Position numbers and translations under genes: made by a program. DNA of 64,000 bases from an uncultured Gemmatimonadaceae bacterium (GTDB taxonomy: Bacteria > Gemmatimonadota > Gemmatimonadetes > Gemmatimonadales > Gemmatimonadaceae): positions 512,001 through 576,000 of the forward strand of contig OY970320.1 in the NCBI GenBank assembly GCA_963716745.1, read 5' to 3'. This document shows positions 62,755-64,000 of the stretch, piece after piece. Within the stretch, counting starts at the first letter, position 1. The number at the start of each line of letters is the position of its first letter. Under the pieces are notes generated by a model, which saw nothing but the letters and a program-made list of their open reading frames with translations, searched no databases and was not told the origin of the DNA.

Positions 62755-64000
62755 CAGCTCTTCGAGCCGCGATAGGCCGCCGTCGCGTTGCGCGTGTCGA
62801 TCACAATGCTCGCGAGGCGCGACACGCGAGCGTAGTCCACGGAGCTATGGTCGGTCACGACCATCACCGCATCGGCGCCGCTGAGCGCCGCGTCGGTGAG
62901 CGGCACCGACTTGCCGACTGCGCCCTCGGGCGTATGATCGTCGGCGCGGATCTCGGCCACGTGCGGGTCGTGATAGCTCACCACGCAGCCCTTCTGCGAG
63001 AGCAGATCGAGGATGTCGAGTGCAGGAGATTCACGCAGGTCATCCACATCACGCTTGTACGCGACGCCAAGCACGAGTACGCGCGCGCCCTTGAGCGCCT
63101 TGCCCGCATCGTTGAGTGCGTCCTGCATCTTCGCGACCCAGAACGCCGGCATCTCGGTGTTGATCTCGCCCGCGAGTTCGATCATCCGCGTCTTGTAGTG
63201 CAGCGTGCGCATCTTCCACGCGAGATAGTGGGGGTCGAGCGGAATGCAGTGGCCGCCAAGCCCCGGACCTGGCGTGAATTTCATGAACCCGAACGGCTTC
63301 GTCGCTGCGGCCTCGATCACTTCCCATACGCTCACGCCGAGCTTGTCGCAGATCACGGCCATCTCGTTCACGAGGCCGATGTTGATCATGCGGAAGGTGT
63401 TCTCGAGGAGCTTGGTGAGCTCGGCCGCCTCGGGCGAACTCACCTGGATCACCTTGTCGATGAACAACTCATAGACGCGTTTACCCAGCTCGCTGCAGCG
63501 TGGCGTGACGCCGCCGAGCACTTTCGGAGTGTTCTTCGTGTGCCACTGCGCGTTGCCCGGGTCCACGCGCTCAGGGCTAAAGCAAAGGAAGAAGCCATCG
63601 CCCACCGTGAGACCCTTCTTCTCGAAGCTGGGCTCCATCAATTCACGCGTGGTGCCCGGATAGGTGGTGCTCTCGAGCACGATGAGCTGGCCGGGACGCA
63701 GCGCGGCGGCCACCGATTCGGTGGCGGCGACGACGAAGCTCATGTCGGGATCTTTCGTTTTCCCGAGCGGTGTGGGCACGCACACCGAGATCACGTCGCA
63801 TTCCTTGAGGCGCGACATGTCGAGCGTCGCTTCGAGCTTGCCCGACTTGCGCAGCGCCTGCACGTCGGCGGCGAGCACGTCCTTGATGTGGCTCTCGCCC
63901 GCGTTCACGCCGGCCACGATGCGATCGCTCACCTCGAAGCCGATCACTTTCAGCCCAGCCTTCCCCATCTCGACGGCGAGCGGGAGCCCGACGTAGCCGA
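62754..64000 (-). CDS. UDP-N-acetylhexosamine 6-dehydrogenase (WbpA-like), 5' partial
   Basis: GYVGLPL, CVPTP, LESTTYPGTT, PGPGLGGHCIPLDP. Confidence 0.92.
   Translation of the reverse strand, partial: GYVGLPLAVEMGKAGLKVIGFEVSDRIVAGVNAGESHIKDVLAADVQALRKSGKLEATLDMSRLKECDVISVCVPTPLGKTKDPDMSFVVAATESVAAALRPGQLIVLESTTYPGTTRELMEPSFEKKGLTVGDGFFLCFSPERVDPGNAQWHTKNTPKVLGGVTPRCSELGKRVYELFIDKVIQVSSPEAAELTKLLENTFRMINIGLVNEMAVICDKLGVSVWEVIEAAATKPFGFMKFTPGPGLGGHCIPLDPHYLAWKMRTLHYKTRMIELAGEINTEMPAFWVAKMQDALNDAGKALKGARVLVLGVAYKRDVDDLRESPALDILDLLSQKGCVVSYHDPHVAEIRADDHTPEGAVGKSVPLTDAALSGADAVMVVTDHSSVDYARVSRLASIVIDTRNATAAYRGSKS

Overview
High-GC bacterial chromosome segment. Gene order and the small 'AVETERISEGQRFT' membrane-protein family suggest Gemmatimonadota (inference). 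The left end (1-3279) is the edge of an integrated satellite/prophage-like element: P4/D5-type primase-helicase, hypothetical protein, Xis-like HTH and tyrosine integrase, abutting the 3' end of tRNA-Leu(TAA). Most of the window is minus-strand housekeeping operons (recN-nadK-dxs-ispA-xseBA-folD-rny, zapAB-pheTS-rplT-rpmI-infC, arcA/rex, rsmA-rsbUWV-pta-coaD-rsmD-recJ, dnaG-mutS2-yqeY-hit-rsmE-prmA-dnaJ-hrcA-hemW-dprA-obgE). It also holds four tRNAs and part of a wbpA/B/D-like sugar-nucleotide cluster. Many genes, including essential ones, carry frameshifts that look like long-read assembly indels. The most unusual signals are: (i) a four-helix-bundle (23S-IVS/bAvd-like) gene in the loop of a heptamer-based inverted-repeat cassette, with an 'empty' copy of the same cassette 2.6 kb away; (ii) a second heptamer inverted-repeat family and two large intergenic hairpins, one about 400 nt; (iii) a tandem array of four paralogous small membrane proteins with a near-invariant C-terminal motif; (iv) an integrase lacking the first catalytic Arg, and iteron-like repeats inside the primase 3' end; (v) a short structured RNA at the usual 6S locus.
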